A stretch of DNA of 57,109 nucleotides from a bacterium (lineage in GTDB: Bacteria > JADJOY01). This document shows, piece by piece, positions 16,223-25,253 of the stretch (the first letter of the stretch is position 1; every line of letters begins with the position of its first letter). The notes below the pieces were generated by a model. It was not told the origin of the DNA, ran no database searches, and was given only the letters and a program-made list of their open reading frames with translations. Location of the stretch: positions 1 through 57,109 of the forward strand of contig JAXLQJ010000048.1 in the NCBI GenBank assembly GCA_046331705.1, given 5' to 3'. A program made the position numbers and the translations under genes.

Positions 16223-17866
16223 ATGAACGACCGCAGCCACGGCGGCTTTCCCGGCACTTCCACGGCTGGCGTCGTCGCGCGACGCCGGTCCGGCAACGGC
16301 GCGCGCATCGCGCTCGCGCTGCTCGCGGCCTGGGCGATGAGCTGCTCGGGAGGCGGATCGAGCGGCTCGGGAGGCTCGGGCGGCGGCGCTCCCCCGCCGG
16401 ACGCCACCGGCGGTGTCGACCACGCGCCCTTTCTCACCGGCGCCCACGTGACGCTCGGGTGCGACGACTGCCACCACGGCAACTACCAATCGATGTCGAG
16501 CGCGTGCGAGAGCTGCCACGCGAGCGCGCGGCCGGCGGGGCATTTCGCCGGCACCTGCGCCTCCTGCCACGACACCTCCGCGTGGGCCAGCGCGGCATTC
16601 GACCACACCGGCGTCACCCAGCCCTGCGCGACCTGCCACGAGAAGGATCGGCCGGCGGGTCACGCCCCCGGCGATTGCTCGAGCTGCCACACCCCCTCGG
16701 GCTGGACGAGCGGCACCTTCGATCATGCGGGCATCACCAAGGATTGCGCTCGTTGCCACGCCGACGATCGGCCCGCCCAGCACTTCCCCGGCGACTGCTC
16801 CACCTGCCACGTCCCCGGATCCTGGACGAGCGGGCAGTTCTCGCACCAGGGCGTCACGAGCGGCTGCGCGTCTTGCCACGAGAGTCAGCGTCCGGCGGGG
16901 CATTTCCCGGGCGATTGCGCGAGCTGTCACACGCCGGGGTCGTGGGCGAATGCGACCTTCGACCATGCCGGGATCACCTCGAGCTGCGCGTCGTGCCACG
17001 AGCCCGATCGACCGGCGGGACACTCGCCCGGCGATTGCGCGAGCTGTCACACGACCACCTCCTGGACGAGCGCGAGCTTCAGTCACGACGGCATCACCTC
17101 GAACTGCGCGTCGTGCCACGAGCAGGACCGGCCGGCGGGACACTCCCCCGGCGACTGCTCGAGCTGCCACACGCCCACCTCGTGGACGAGCGCGAGCTTC
17201 AGTCACGCGGGCATCACCAGCAATTGTGCGAGCTGCCACGAGCCCGATCGGCCCGCGGGCCATTACTCCGGAGATTGCTCGAAGTGCCACACGCCCACCT
17301 CGTGGGCGAACGCCCAGTTCAGCCACGCGGGCATCACCTCGAACTGCGCGAGCTGCCACGAGGCCGATCGCCCGGCTGGCCACTACGCGGGGGATTGCTC
17401 GGGCTGCCACACGCCGAGCGGCTGGGCGAACGCCACGTTCAACCACGCCGGCATCACGTCGAACTGCGCGTCCTGTCACGAGGCGGATCGACCGGCGGGC
17501 CATTACCCCGGCGACTGCTCCAAGTGCCACACGCCCACGTCGTGGCCGAACGCGACCTTCAACCACAGCGGCATCACCACGGGCTGCGCGAGCTGCCACG
17601 CCAGCGACGCGCCGCCCAACCACTACGGCAACACCTGCGAGAGCTGCCACAACACCAACGATTGGGGCGCCGTCGCTCACGACCACACCTTCAAGATCCC
17701 GCACAACGGCTATCGGCAGTGCACGGACTGCCACACGAATTCCAGCAACTACGCGCAGTTCGATTGCATCAACTGCCACAAGCGGACCGGTGCCGAGGTC
17801 CACAAGACCAACGACAACCAGCAGTGCTTGAAGTGCCACCCGACCGGCGAAGAGGGCGACGACTGA
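16223..17866 (+). CDS. 24-heme c-type cytochrome, probable lipoprotein
   Basis: 24 CxxCH counted; hydrophobic stretch ending AWAMS-C, then a Gly/Ser linker; GAGAGG upstream of ATG 16223. Confidence 0.93.
   Translation: MNDRSHGGFPGTSTAGVVARRRSGNGARIALALLAAWAMSCSGGGSSGSGGSGGGAPPPDATGGVDHAPFLTGAHVTLGCDDCHHGNYQSMSSACESCHASARPAGHFAGTCASCHDTSAWASAAFDHTGVTQPCATCHEKDRPAGHAPGDCSSCHTPSGWTSGTFDHAGITKDCARCHADDRPAQHFPGDCSTCHVPGSWTSGQFSHQGVTSGCASCHESQRPAGHFPGDCASCHTPGSWANATFDHAGITSSCASCHEPDRPAGHSPGDCASCHTTTSWTSASFSHDGITSNCASCHEQDRPAGHSPGDCSSCHTPTSWTSASFSHAGITSNCASCHEPDRPAGHYSGDCSKCHTPTSWANAQFSHAGITSNCASCHEADRPAGHYAGDCSGCHTPSGWANATFNHAGITSNCASCHEADRPAGHYPGDCSKCHTPTSWPNATFNHSGITTGCASCHASDAPPNHYGNTCESCHNTNDWGAVAHDHTFKIPHNGYRQCTDCHTNSSNYAQFDCINCHKRTGAEVHKTNDNQQCLKCHPTGEEGDD
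16505..17704 (+). repeat. Ten tandem 120-bp (40-aa, diheme) coding repeats
   Basis: Unit CxxCH-x3-RPAGH-x2-GD-CxxCH-TPxSW-x4-FxHxGITS; unit 1 starts at 16505 and unit 10 at 17585 (exactly 9x120); last unit diverges. Confidence 0.93.
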
Positions 17867-19245
17867 TGTGCGCCCGGCCTTCGGCCGCGATTCGAGCAGC
17901 GCGGCTCGCGCTGGCGATCGGCGTCGCCGCCGTCGCGGCGCGCGCGCAGGCCGCGTCGTTTCGCGGCGTGGTCGCCGCGGAAGGCTACGGGCTCACGTAC
18001 TCGGGCGCCGAGCAGACTTCGGCGTCGTTCGGCTTCGATCTTCGGCTGGACGGCACGAGCATCACGGACCTGGACCTCGCCACCCACGTGGATGGCGAGG
18101 TTCGAATCCCCGCGGACGGCCGCGATCTCTACGATCCGGACGTGCCGTTCTATCGCGTGAGCCGGCTCTCGCTGGGGCTCGATCCCGAGCACGGCTGGGT
18201 GGCGCTCGCCGGGCGCGAGTGGATCGTCGACGTGCCCACCGCCAGCGTGGACGGCGTCACGTTCGGCTATCGCTTCCAGAACTTCCGGCTCGGAGCCTTC
18301 GCCGGCCTCGAGCCCAATCCCTACGATCAGACGATCGACCCGGACTACACGACCGGCGGAGGGTTCGTCGGCTTCGAGGGCGACACCGCGAGCGCTGCCG
18401 CGGGGCTCGCCGTGAGCCTCTTCGACGGCAACGCCGATCGCGAGTCGATCACCGGCCAAGGTCGATGGACGCCGACCCGCGAGCTGAGCACGTTCGCCTC
18501 GCTGCGCCTCGATCTCGCCGTCGCCGACCAGGCCACGCGGCTCGGCTCGCTGGCGCTGGGCGCCGACTGGCGCCCCACCGCGGCGCTGAGCCTGGCCGGG
18601 CACTTCACGAGCTATCGGTTCCTGTTGCGGCCCGAATCGCTCGCCGACGGCGAGCTCGAGCGGATCGCGAACCCCGAGCGCCAATCCATCGATGGACGCG
18701 TGCGCTATCAGCTCTCGTCGAACCTCTACACCCGCGTCCGGCTCGCGTATCGCCTGCGGCAAGCGGTGCCGAGCTACGAGGTGCGCTTGCTTCCCGACGG
18801 CGTCCCCACCGACGGCACCGCCGGCGAGGTGTACGTGGACGACCAAGGCCGCTCGTACGTGCTCGCCGCCACCACCAAGGACGAGAGCTCGTTCGGCGGA
18901 GGCCTCGCGTTCGGCGGGCGAAAGCTCGCGTCGCTGCCCGTCGGCTGGGAGGTGGCCTACACCGGCGTCACCGGGTTCGGCCGCAACGATCACGAGGGCG
19001 CACTGAGCTTCGACTTCGACCTGGCCAGCGCGGGCACGCTCTCGGTGGGTACCGGCGTGGACCTGCGCCAGCGCGACGACACTGGCTCGGACGTGGGTGG
19101 ATTCGCGCGCGCCGCGCTCTTCTGGCTGATCGATCGCGACTGGTTCGCCCTCGGCAGCTACGAGGCCACTCTCGCCGATGGCGACCTCGACCACGCCATC
19201 CTCGCGAAGGTCGGCTACCGGATTCGACCCACCTCCCCGAAGTGA
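17866..19245 (+). CDS. Outer-membrane beta-barrel (porin-like) protein
   Basis: ATG overlaps the cytochrome stop (TGATG); signal peptide AQA-A; alternating amphipathic strands (FGFDLRLDG, VDGVTFGYRF, LGADWRP, GRVRYQLS) and terminal AKVGYRI. Confidence 0.78.
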   Translation: MCARPSAAIRAARLALAIGVAAVAARAQAASFRGVVAAEGYGLTYSGAEQTSASFGFDLRLDGTSITDLDLATHVDGEVRIPADGRDLYDPDVPFYRVSRLSLGLDPEHGWVALAGREWIVDVPTASVDGVTFGYRFQNFRLGAFAGLEPNPYDQTIDPDYTTGGGFVGFEGDTASAAAGLAVSLFDGNADRESITGQGRWTPTRELSTFASLRLDLAVADQATRLGSLALGADWRPTAALSLAGHFTSYRFLLRPESLADGELERIANPERQSIDGRVRYQLSSNLYTRVRLAYRLRQAVPSYEVRLLPDGVPTDGTAGEVYVDDQGRSYVLAATTKDESSFGGGLAFGGRKLASLPVGWEVAYTGVTGFGRNDHEGALSFDFDLASAGTLSVGTGVDLRQRDDTGSDVGGFARAALFWLIDRDWFALGSYEATLADGDLDHAILAKVGYRIRPTSPK

Positions 19246-19290
19246 GCGCGCGATGCTCGCGACCCCTCACGCTCCTCGCGGGCCGGATTC

Positions 19291-20613
19291 GTGATGTCTC
19301 TCGAGACCGTCCTGTTCCTCGCTCTCGCGGCGGCGGTGATCGTTCCGTACCTGCTCGTCGTGAGCCGCCGCGAGCGTCGCGATCGCAGCGCGCTCGAGGA
19401 GGCGCGAAGCGCCGGGCACGAGCCGGCGAGCCTCCACCCGGTCATCGACCCCACGCTCTGCATCGGCACCGCCGCGTGCACCACCGCCTGCCCCGAGGGA
19501 AACGTCCTCGGCGTCATCGACGGCCGCGCGGCGCTGGTGAATCCCAGCCATTGCATCGGCCACGGCGCGTGCCTCGCGTCCTGCCCGGTGGAGGCGATCT
19601 CGCTGGTCTTCGGCACCGCCACCCGCGGCGTCGAGATCCCCCACGTGAAGCCCAACTTCGAGACCAACGTCGAGGGGCTCTACATCGCAGGCGAGCTGGG
19701 CGGCATGGGCCTGATCCGCAACGCGATGACCCAAGGGCGGCAAGCGGTGGAAGGAATCGCCCGCGAGCTCACGGCGCGGGCGAAGAGCGCGGAGCGCTCC
19801 GATCCCGCGCTCCTCGATCTCTTCATCGTCGGCGCCGGCCCCTCCGGGCTCGCCGCGGCGCTGGCGGCGAAGAACGCCGGGCTGCGCTTCGAGATCGTCG
19901 ACCAAGAGCAGGTGGGCGGGAGCGTCTACCACTACCCCCGCAAGAAGCTCGTCGTCACCTCGTCCTTCGAGATTCCCTACTACGGCTGGGTGACGGCGCG
20001 CTCGATCTCGAAGGAGGAGCTGCTCGGGATCTGGCACGAGATCATCCACGCCGCCGGGCTCACGATACACACCGACGAGCGCGTGGACTCGATCCACCGC
20101 GAGGCCGGTCAATTCGCGATCCAGACCTCGCGGCGCAACTACCGCGCACGGCGCGTGCTGCTCGCGATCGGACGGCGCGGCTCACCGCGGAAGCTCGACG
20201 TGCCTGGGGAGGAGGCGCCCCACGTCGCTTACGCGCTCGGCGATCCCGGCGACTACCGCGGCGATCGCGTGCTGGTGGTGGGCGGTGGCAACTCGGCGCT
20301 GGAAGCCGCCGCGGCCCTCGCGGACCCGGCGCTCGCCAACCGAGTCACGCTCTCCTATCGGGGCGAGACGTTCTCGCGGGTCACGGGCACCGTGCGCGCC
20401 CAATTCGACGCGCTGGTCCGGCACGGACGGATCGAGCCCCGCCTTCGTTCGCAGGTCCGCGCGATCCATCCGCGCTCCGTGGAGCTCGCGACCGACCAGC
20501 GCAGCGAGCAACTCCCCGCCGACCGCGTCTTCATCTTCGCGGGCGGCGTGCTCCCCACCGCTTTCCTGCGCGGGCTCGGCGTCCAGGTGGAAACCAAGTT
20601 CGGCAGCGCTTGA
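19291..20613 (+). CDS. Membrane-anchored ferredoxin / FAD-NAD(P)H oxidoreductase (thioredoxin-reductase-like)
   Basis: N-terminal TM; CIGTAACTTACP and CIGHGACLASCP; ETNVEGLYIAGE; IVGAGPSG; VVGGGNSA. Confidence 0.9.
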   Translation: MMSLETVLFLALAAAVIVPYLLVVSRRERRDRSALEEARSAGHEPASLHPVIDPTLCIGTAACTTACPEGNVLGVIDGRAALVNPSHCIGHGACLASCPVEAISLVFGTATRGVEIPHVKPNFETNVEGLYIAGELGGMGLIRNAMTQGRQAVEGIARELTARAKSAERSDPALLDLFIVGAGPSGLAAALAAKNAGLRFEIVDQEQVGGSVYHYPRKKLVVTSSFEIPYYGWVTARSISKEELLGIWHEIIHAAGLTIHTDERVDSIHREAGQFAIQTSRRNYRARRVLLAIGRRGSPRKLDVPGEEAPHVAYALGDPGDYRGDRVLVVGGGNSALEAAAALADPALANRVTLSYRGETFSRVTGTVRAQFDALVRHGRIEPRLRSQVRAIHPRSVELATDQRSEQLPADRVFIFAGGVLPTAFLRGLGVQVETKFGSA

Positions 20614-20799
20614 GCACCCGCGCGGGGCCCGCATCGGCGGCCTCGAGCTGGCCCAGCGCTGCGCCGGCACCTACCTACAAACCCGCGAATCGCGCGCTAT
20701 GCTCGCTGCGCGCGATCGTGCGGCCTTCCAGCCAGTTGCGGAGGCTCGCATCGGCTCCCGCGATTCAGTCTGGGCGCCCTGGCACTCGTTCGATCTTCC

Positions 20800-23700
20800 A
20801 TGCCTCAGCCTCGCGCAATTCACCTATCGACGGCTGTTTCCGTCGCCGGCTCACAGCTGTCGCTGGTCGCAGGCCGCATCCGCGAAGCCCTGAGCGAGCT
20901 CGGCGGTGCGGAGCACATCAGCTGCTGGAGCGACGACGCGATCGTTCCCCAGCTCGAGCCGTTGGCGTCTGTGATCGACATCGATGTGCGGATCGTCCCG
21001 CCGCCGGCTCGCGCCCGGAAGTCCGAGCTCGTCCACCCGCAATCCGCGAGCGGACTTCTATTCGTGTGGGACGGGAGCGTGATCGAACGGGCCGGCTCAG
21101 TCACGTCGGCGCTCTCCCGGCTCGGCATTCCTTACCGGATCGTTCGACCATTCCGATACGACGCATTCATCTCGTATCGTCACGACTTCGCCGACATCCA
21201 GTTTGCGTCGCGATTGCAGCGCATGCTCGAACGGCGACTCCTGCCGTCCGCGTATCGCCGAGGCGGGTGGAAGCACCTCACGGTCTTCCGCGACGACACC
21301 GACCTCGTCGCAGCGACGGATCTCCCCGCTGCGCTCCGCGTCCGTCTGGAAGAAAGCCGGCGATTGATCGTCGTCTGTTCGCCGTCGGTGACGGCGTCCC
21401 GGTGGGTACCGGCCGAGGTGGAGCACTTCGCCGCGTCCCGCGGCGCAGCGAACATCAGCTATCTGCTCGTCGGCCCGGACGCGACTGCGGCCAACAGCGC
21501 GCTCGCCGCGCTGGCCGTGTCGGGCACCGAGCCGCTGGGCATCGATTTCGTCACCGCCGCGCGGAGCGTCACTCGCTGGCAACCAGCGACCCAGACTGCC
21601 ACGCGGGCGAAGGCCCGACTGCTGTCGCATTTCGTCGATCTCGATTACGCAACGCTCGCGCGCCGGGAACGCCTTCGCATCGCCCTAGCGATCCTGCCGA
21701 TTTTCGTCGTGATCGCCGCGATGGTGGAATCGTATGTGTCGTATCGAAATCGACCGCTAGCCTTGCCGTCCGCACGTGCGCTTCCGGAGCACGCTGCGGT
21801 CCAGCGAGTAGAGGCGACTCCACAACAACCCTATCCATCCGACCTAGCAATCGAACTGCCAGGTTATGTGATCGCCAGCGCCGGCACGCGCGCCGTCACG
21901 GCGCACCGCAATCGACTCGCGGTCTGGGATCGGGGCCGCAAGGTCCAGGAACATGACCAGCACGGCCAGATCGTCTACGGCCTCGACATCGAGCCCGGCG
22001 GGCGCTTCATCGTTTCCGCGGCCGAGGACGGCGCCGTACTGGTGACGGACACGCTCATCAATGCGACTGTCGCCAGTTTCCCACACGACCTGCAGGAAGT
22101 GTTCTATCGCGCGTCGTTCTGCCCTGACGACAGAGACACCGTGGTCGTCGCCGGTTGTCACGGAATCGATGCCGCACGCTCCGCGGCGCTCGGGAAGTCA
22201 CCCTCCTCCGAAGGCCTCGGTCTCGCCGTCGCCGAATGGAACTGGCGACTGGGACTGGCACGAGCCGCGACAGTAATCCCTGCCGACGCGGCGGCCGTCG
22301 ACGCCCTCAGTGCACGCTGTCGGGGCACGCAAGCCATGAACGACGTGCTGGATTTGCGATGCGACCCTCGAAACATCGAGGTGCTGTTCGGATCTCAACG
22401 GTTCACAGTGCCGCGCGGCGGGGCCGCCATGCCCGTCGCGGTGCCGCTCGTGCGCATCCCAGACGAAGACGAGCACTCGATCCGCATGGGCCGAGACGGA
22501 ATCGCGGTAGCCTCCGGGAGCCACATTGAGGTGCAATCAGGCTCGGAGACGCCTCGATGGCGCGATGATCTGGCCGCGAACCTCCGGGTGGTCGCTCTCG
22601 ATTCCGACGCGGCGGGTCGCAATCTCTTTGCGGCATTCGACACCGGCGATCCGAACCAACCGGGCGCCATTCGCCACTATCGATTCGAGGAGGCGAGGAA
22701 CGCGCGGCTGTGCAATGTCGCCGCGATCGGAGGTCCGCTTTCCCTGGACTACGACGAACGCTCCGGCACCGTGGCTGTCGGCGCCGGCGAGCGCAGTGCG
22801 CTCGCGTACGACTTCCGCAACTGCCACACCGATCCAGGCGATCCTGCCTGGGTGGCCCCGCGCGCGACGATGGACATGCTCTACGCGGCCGCCGTGGCTG
22901 CCGATGGCACACGGCTCGCGGTCGGCGGAGTCGACGGAAGCCTCTGGCTCTTCGATCTCGATGCGCTTGAGTTGCTTCAGCGCATCTCGAGTCGCCAGAC
23001 GTCAGCACGCTTCGGAGATCGTCGGATCGTCGCGCTCGACTTCAGCCAGCGAGCAGAGCGCGTCGCGGCCGTCAGCCAAGCCGACCGCAAGATCCGCGTG
23101 TGGGATCTGACGCGGGGGATCCCACCTCAGTCGTGGGCTTTCGACGGCGTTCGAGGCGCCGCCTCGGGGCGTCGCACCTACCGACGTCTCGGCAACCTCG
23201 ATGTTGCGATCAGTCCGGACGGATCGATCGTGGCGGCGGGGGACGACCTCGGCTGCGTGCACGTGTGCCAGATCGAAAGTGGCGCATGTCGCAGCATGGC
23301 GGCGTCGGGAAAGTTCGCAGGCCAGGTGTCGTGCGACGAGATGTTGGCTGAAGTACCCGAAGGAAGCGATCTGATCGCCGGCGTTGGCTTCCTCGATGAT
23401 CACCATCTCGTGACCTCAGGACACGACGGTCGCTTCCGTCGCTGGCGCGTGACCCACGACGTCGGTAAGCAGTTGACGGCCGAGCTCGAATCGTCGAGCC
23501 GATCGCTGACGGATGACGAGCCCGCCCGCGTCGGCTCGACGCCTGCTTCATCGATGCTGGGTGAGCTCAGCGTGTGGCGAGCGCAAGGGGAAGACGCGAT
23601 GGTCGCCACGTCGCGGTCGAACGGCGACGTGCTCGTGTGGGCGGGCAAAGGCGAACCGACTCGAGTCGGAGTCGCTGGCGAGGTTTCGGGATCGGTCGGC

Positions 23701-24138
23701 TTTATGCCCTCGGAGGCGGGCCCGCTAGTGGTCGCCGCTGGGCGCCACGGGACGGTGCGGCTCTGGCCGTTGGGCGGCCGACTCTCCCAGGGCTTCGCCG
23801 CTGCCGCGCTTCGACCGATCTTCACGTCCTACGGCAGTCAGACGATCAAGGGGATCGCCGCCATCGAGAGAGGTGGGCTCATTGCTTGGCTCACGCGTGG
23901 AACCGTCAACTTCGGTCGCGTCGGATTGAGCCTGCCTGCGCTCCAGCTGCACCTGCTCACCACGGGGGAATGGCTCTTCGTGGCGGAGGACGGGCACTGG
24001 TTCGGAGATGCGAGAGCCGAAACGCGATCTGAGCTCAAGATCGGCACGCGGCCCCATACCGCAACCGATACGCTCGAAGACGCGGATTCGGTGCGGCGCG
24101 GCTGGCGATCGTTTCGTCAGGCGGAGTCGATCAACTGA
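20800..24138 (+). CDS. TIR-domain / TM / WD40-repeat protein with a possible N-terminal SLOG-like domain
   Basis: YDAFISYRH, VFRD, LIVVCSP, SRWVPAEV (TIR); TM IALAILPIFVVIAAMV; WD40-like units (IVSAAEDGAVLV, LAVGGVDGSLWLFD, LVTSGHDGRFRRW). Confidence 0.85.
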   Translation: MPQPRAIHLSTAVSVAGSQLSLVAGRIREALSELGGAEHISCWSDDAIVPQLEPLASVIDIDVRIVPPPARARKSELVHPQSASGLLFVWDGSVIERAGSVTSALSRLGIPYRIVRPFRYDAFISYRHDFADIQFASRLQRMLERRLLPSAYRRGGWKHLTVFRDDTDLVAATDLPAALRVRLEESRRLIVVCSPSVTASRWVPAEVEHFAASRGAANISYLLVGPDATAANSALAALAVSGTEPLGIDFVTAARSVTRWQPATQTATRAKARLLSHFVDLDYATLARRERLRIALAILPIFVVIAAMVESYVSYRNRPLALPSARALPEHAAVQRVEATPQQPYPSDLAIELPGYVIASAGTRAVTAHRNRLAVWDRGRKVQEHDQHGQIVYGLDIEPGGRFIVSAAEDGAVLVTDTLINATVASFPHDLQEVFYRASFCPDDRDTVVVAGCHGIDAARSAALGKSPSSEGLGLAVAEWNWRLGLARAATVIPADAAAVDALSARCRGTQAMNDVLDLRCDPRNIEVLFGSQRFTVPRGGAAMPVAVPLVRIPDEDEHSIRMGRDGIAVASGSHIEVQSGSETPRWRDDLAANLRVVALDSDAAGRNLFAAFDTGDPNQPGAIRHYRFEEARNARLCNVAAIGGPLSLDYDERSGTVAVGAGERSALAYDFRNCHTDPGDPAWVAPRATMDMLYAAAVAADGTRLAVGGVDGSLWLFDLDALELLQRISSRQTSARFGDRRIVALDFSQRAERVAAVSQADRKIRVWDLTRGIPPQSWAFDGVRGAASGRRTYRRLGNLDVAISPDGSIVAAGDDLGCVHVCQIESGACRSMAASGKFAGQVSCDEMLAEVPEGSDLIAGVGFLDDHHLVTSGHDGRFRRWRVTHDVGKQLTAELESSSRSLTDDEPARVGSTPASSMLGELSVWRAQGEDAMVATSRSNGDVLVWAGKGEPTRVGVAGEVSGSVGFMPSEAGPLVVAAGRHGTVRLWPLGGRLSQGFAAAALRPIFTSYGSQTIKGIAAIERGGLIAWLTRGTVNFGRVGLSLPALQLHLLTTGEWLFVAEDGHWFGDARAETRSELKIGTRPHTATDTLEDADSVRRGWRSFRQAESIN

Positions 24139-24266
24139 CGCCACGCGCTGCTGCCGCAGCGTGCCGGCGGGCCGCGCCAGATGGCTCGCTCAGGACTCCA
24201 CGCTGACGAAACGCTGACGCTCGCACGCTACACATTGCGAGTGTCAACCCAACGAGAAGCGACACC

Positions 24267-24944
24267 ATGACCGAGCACGACGAGCTCGACCGACTCACCC
24301 TGGGGCCGATCCAAAACCCCGTGCGCGCGCTGCTTCACGGCACGGCGGCGCTGCTCGCGATCGCGGGCACGGTCGCGCTCTGGCACGTGGCCGCCGGTTC
24401 GGGCGCGGTGCGCTGGGCGCTCGCGGCCTTCGGCGCCAGCGCGGTGGCGCTCTTCTCGGTGAGCTCGCTCTACCACGGCGGCGACTGGCGGCCCGACGCG
24501 AAGAAGCGCCTGCAGCGCGTCGATCACTCGATGATCTACGTGCTCATCGCGGGGACCTACACGCCCTTCGCCGCGGTCGCGCTCGAGGGCTGGATGCGTG
24601 CAGCCGTGCTCGCGGGGGTTTGGTCGATCACCGCCGTGGGGGTCGCGCAGAAGGCGTTCTTCCCTGCGGTGCGGACGCGCTGGTCCGTGGCGCTCCAGCT
24701 CTTCCAGGGATGGCTCATCGTGCCGTGCTTGGTGCCGCTCGCCCATCACGTGCCTGCGCCGGCGCTGGCGCTGCTCGTGGGCGGCGGGATCGCGTACACG
24801 TTCGGCGCGCTCTGCTACGTGTCGCAACGGCCGCGGCTCTGGCCAGCGGTGTTTTCGTACCACGAGGTATTCCACGTGTGCGTGGTGCTTGCCGCGTCGC
24901 TCCACTACACGGCGGCGCTGCGTTACGTGGCCCTCGCCGGCTGA
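24267..24944 (+). CDS. Hemolysin III family (PAQR) membrane protein
   Basis: SSLYH, DHSMIYVLIAGTYTP, GGIAYTFGA, YHEVFHVCV. Confidence 0.93.
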   Translation: MTEHDELDRLTLGPIQNPVRALLHGTAALLAIAGTVALWHVAAGSGAVRWALAAFGASAVALFSVSSLYHGGDWRPDAKKRLQRVDHSMIYVLIAGTYTPFAAVALEGWMRAAVLAGVWSITAVGVAQKAFFPAVRTRWSVALQLFQGWLIVPCLVPLAHHVPAPALALLVGGGIAYTFGALCYVSQRPRLWPAVFSYHEVFHVCVVLAASLHYTAALRYVALAG

Positions 24945-25140
24945 CGACCGCGAGACCCGTTGCGCCGGACGCGAAGGATCGCGTCGCCATCTCCGTCAGC
25001 CGCGAGCCCGCGCGCCGTCGCGGCCCGCGCGTTCATTCGGCGAACACCGCGTGTTCGCGATGCGAACGATCGCCGCGGAGCGCGGTCGATGGAACTGGGG
25101 TTTTCCGCGTCGATTCGCACGTTCGAGCTCCTGCCCACCC

Positions 25141-25156
25141 TGGCATTGGCCTTGCG
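25141..25156 (+). promoter_or_regulatory. Putative sigma54 promoter of the patatin gene
   Basis: TGGCATTGGCCTTGCG, GG-N10-GC, about 100 bp upstream of GTG 25254. Confidence 0.6.
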
Positions 25157-25253
25157 TTGACGGCGCGCGGCGGGCGCCGTCTCGAGTCGTGGGCGCAGCG
25201 CTCGGCGGCGCAATCGGGGCGCCGCCGCAACCGAGCGCGAAGGGGATTCACGC

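Noticed and set aside
16505-17704. Regular repeats as a CRISPR array or non-coding repeat locus
   Set aside because: The period is 120 bp, in frame, varies mainly at synonymous positions, encodes CxxCH motifs and has no unique spacers; no cas genes are present
16459-19245. 928-aa ORF as a cytochrome-porin fusion or frameshift product
   Set aside because: The first 469 codons are an off-frame shadow of the cytochrome; the porin has its own ATG and signal peptide at 17866
17868-21956. 1362-aa plus-strand ORF and similar long Arg/Ala/Gly-rich ORFs (12813..16226, 8056..10467, 41857..44718, 53144..55612)
   Set aside because: Alternative-frame or antisense ORFs overlapping well-supported genes; expected at this GC content
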